Shown here: positions 63,101-64,000 of the stretch, piece after piece | Position numbering within the stretch: position 1 is the first letter of the stretch | How the letters are laid out: each line of letters starts with the position of its first letter | Source: the human T2T-CHM13v2.0 reference genome, Homo sapiens | Assembly: GCA_009914755.4 (NCBI GenBank) | Contig: CP068257.2 | Location: 1,376,001-1,440,000 of the forward strand | Length of the DNA stretch: 64,000 nt | Direction: 5' to 3' | Notes under the pieces: generated by a model | The model's input: the letters and a program-made list of their open reading frames with translations, nothing else | What the model was told of the DNA's origin: nothing | The model's database searches: none | Translations under genes and position numbers: made by a program

Positions 63101-64000
63101 TACATAAAATATGAAAGTACATCAAATATAGATTATATGCTGTACATAAAATAAAAAAGTACCCAAATATATATTATATACTGTACATGAAATACCAAAG
63201 TTCACAAACTATATATTATATACTGTACATAAAATATCAATGTACCCAAGGTATATATTCTATACTGTACAAATAATATCAAAGTACCCAAAGCATGTAT
63301 TATATACTGTACATAAAATATGAAATTACATCAAATATATATTTTATTCTGTACACAAAATGTCAAAGTACACCAAATATATATTGTATAGTGTACATAA
63401 AATATCAAAGTACCCAAGCTATACATTATATACTGTAAATAAAATATGAAATTACATCAAACCTATATTATAATAGGTACATAAATTATGAAAGTACATC
63501 AAATATAGATTATATACTGTACATAAAATACCAAAGTACCCCAAATATATATTTTATACTGTACATGAAATATCAAAGTTGACAAACTATATATTATATA
63601 CTGTACATAAAATATCAATGTACCCAAGGTACATATTCTATACTGTACAAAAAATATCAAAGTACCCAAAGCATGTATTATATACTGTATATAAAATATG
63701 AAAGTACATCAAATATATATTTTATTCTGTACATAAAATATCAAAGTACACCAAATATATATTCTATACTGTACATAAAATATCAAAGTACCCAAACTAT
63801 ACATTATATACTGTACATAAAATATGAACTTACATCAAATATATATTATATTAGGTACATAAAATATGAAAGTACATCAAATATAGATTATATACTGTAC
63901 ATAAAATATCAAAGTACCCAAATATATATTATATACTGTACATGAAATATCAAAGTTCACAAACTATATATTATATACTGTACATAAAATATCAATGTAC

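Larger units (their letters stand above)
1..64000. repeat. Continuous tandem satellite DNA array with a basic monomer of about 42 bp, organised into 373/378 bp nine-monomer higher-order repeats. It is unidirectional and no non-satellite insertion was seen.
   Basis: The nine-monomer cycle M1 to M9, about 42 bp each, recurs from the first to the last base. Every ORF in the six-frame track translates to the same 14-residue periodic peptide (e.g. YILYIKYQSTQGIY / SILYKKYQSTQSMY). 14 aa x 3 = 42 nt, which confirms the 42 bp period. All long ORFs are on the + strand, so the orientation is uniform. Confidence 0.95.

Noticed and set aside
235-63945. All + strand ORFs of 60 to 684 aa in the supplied track, which could be read as protein-coding genes or as a repetitive Tyr-rich protein.
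   Set aside because: Every ORF translates the same 42 bp satellite in the one stop-free frame. The open frame shifts by +1 at each 373 bp HOR, so the ORFs overlap head to tail in different frames. The ATG starts are incidental (CATGAAATATC or TATGAAATTAC inside monomers). There is no start context and no unique N- or C-terminus. Composition, with Y, I and K dominant, reflects only A+T richness. None is reported as a CDS.
1-64000. A CRISPR array, considered because of the regular repeats of about 42 bp.
   Set aside because: There are no unique spacers. Every 42 bp unit is homologous to every other as one of nine cyclically ordered variants. There is no leader and no neighbouring cas-like ORF. 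The period is that of a satellite HOR, not repeat-spacer-repeat.
1-64000. A telomeric or subtelomeric repeat, considered because TTAGG occurs once per HOR in ...ATATATTAGGTACAT.
   Set aside because: TTAGG is a single occurrence embedded in the M1/M2 junction and is not a tandem (TTAGG)n or (TTAGGG)n run. No G-rich strand is present.
1-64000. A prokaryotic defence, mobile or biosynthetic system, or any novel gene cluster.
   Set aside because: No credible coding sequence, promoter/RBS/terminator architecture, or non-repetitive DNA exists in the window. The only system here is the satellite array itself.
1-64000. tRNA, rRNA or structured ncRNA genes.
   Set aside because: Nothing departs from the satellite consensus, and no tRNA-like cloverleaf or rRNA-like conserved block is present. 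Satellite transcripts may exist in vivo, but the sequence offers no evidence of a discrete RNA gene.
1-64000. An internal about 21 bp sub-period, which would make the 42-mer an ancient dimer (TGTACATAAAATAT vs GTACCCAAGGTATAT).
   Set aside because: Beyond the shared GTAC core the two halves show little similarity. I cannot support this without a formal autocorrelation. It is mentioned only so that someone running TRF can check for a 21 bp signal.

Overview
The whole 64 kb window is one uninterrupted, head-to-tail tandem satellite array in a single orientation. I could not support any protein-coding gene, RNA gene, CRISPR array, transposon insertion or prokaryotic-style system. I can only report that I saw no interruption; I cannot exclude a small diverged insertion without a computed self-alignment. 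The architecture is best explained as a eukaryotic satellite, and I cannot name the organism from sequence alone.

Structure, all read directly from the sequence:
- Monomer: an A-rich basic unit of about 42 bp, about 71 to 74% A+T. The consensus is roughly TGTACATAAAATATCAAAGTACCCAAnnnATATATTnTATAC, and every monomer carries two GTAC cores.
- Higher-order repeat (HOR): nine distinguishable monomer types, M1 to M9, occur in a fixed order and form a 373 bp unit. A 378 bp variant has a 5 bp TATAT insertion in M1. Deletion variants have 8 monomers (331 bp) or 6 monomers (251 bp).
- Super-repeats: multi-kb blocks are duplicated two to four times at about 99.9% identity or better. The tandem offsets are about 4.6, 9.6 and 16.0 kb (about 20.6, 21.0 and 24.2 kb between the outer copies), mainly within 9.6 to 51 kb. 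The flanks, 1 to 9.6 kb and about 51 to 64 kb, are less homogenized; the right flank carries its own 1.7 kb local duplication.

I worked out how the copies differ by mapping recombinant 'hybrid' monomers left by unequal exchange. These include a 163 bp deletion junction at about 39131 and a 3.2 kb segment present in two copies but absent at the corresponding point near 15165 to 15200.

The long ORFs in the supplied track are artefacts. Because 42 bp equals 14 codons, one stop-free frame of the monomer is propagated through the array. It yields Tyr/Ile/Lys-rich 14-residue periodic pseudo-peptides and shifts frame once per 373 bp HOR.

The observations I found most interesting are listed in the findings: the HOR and super-HOR organisation, which suggests a centromeric or pericentromeric array; the 42 bp period matching four helical turns with phased A-tracts; the recombination junctions; the sparse CpG sites that vary between HOR copies; and the absence of any interruption over 64 kb.
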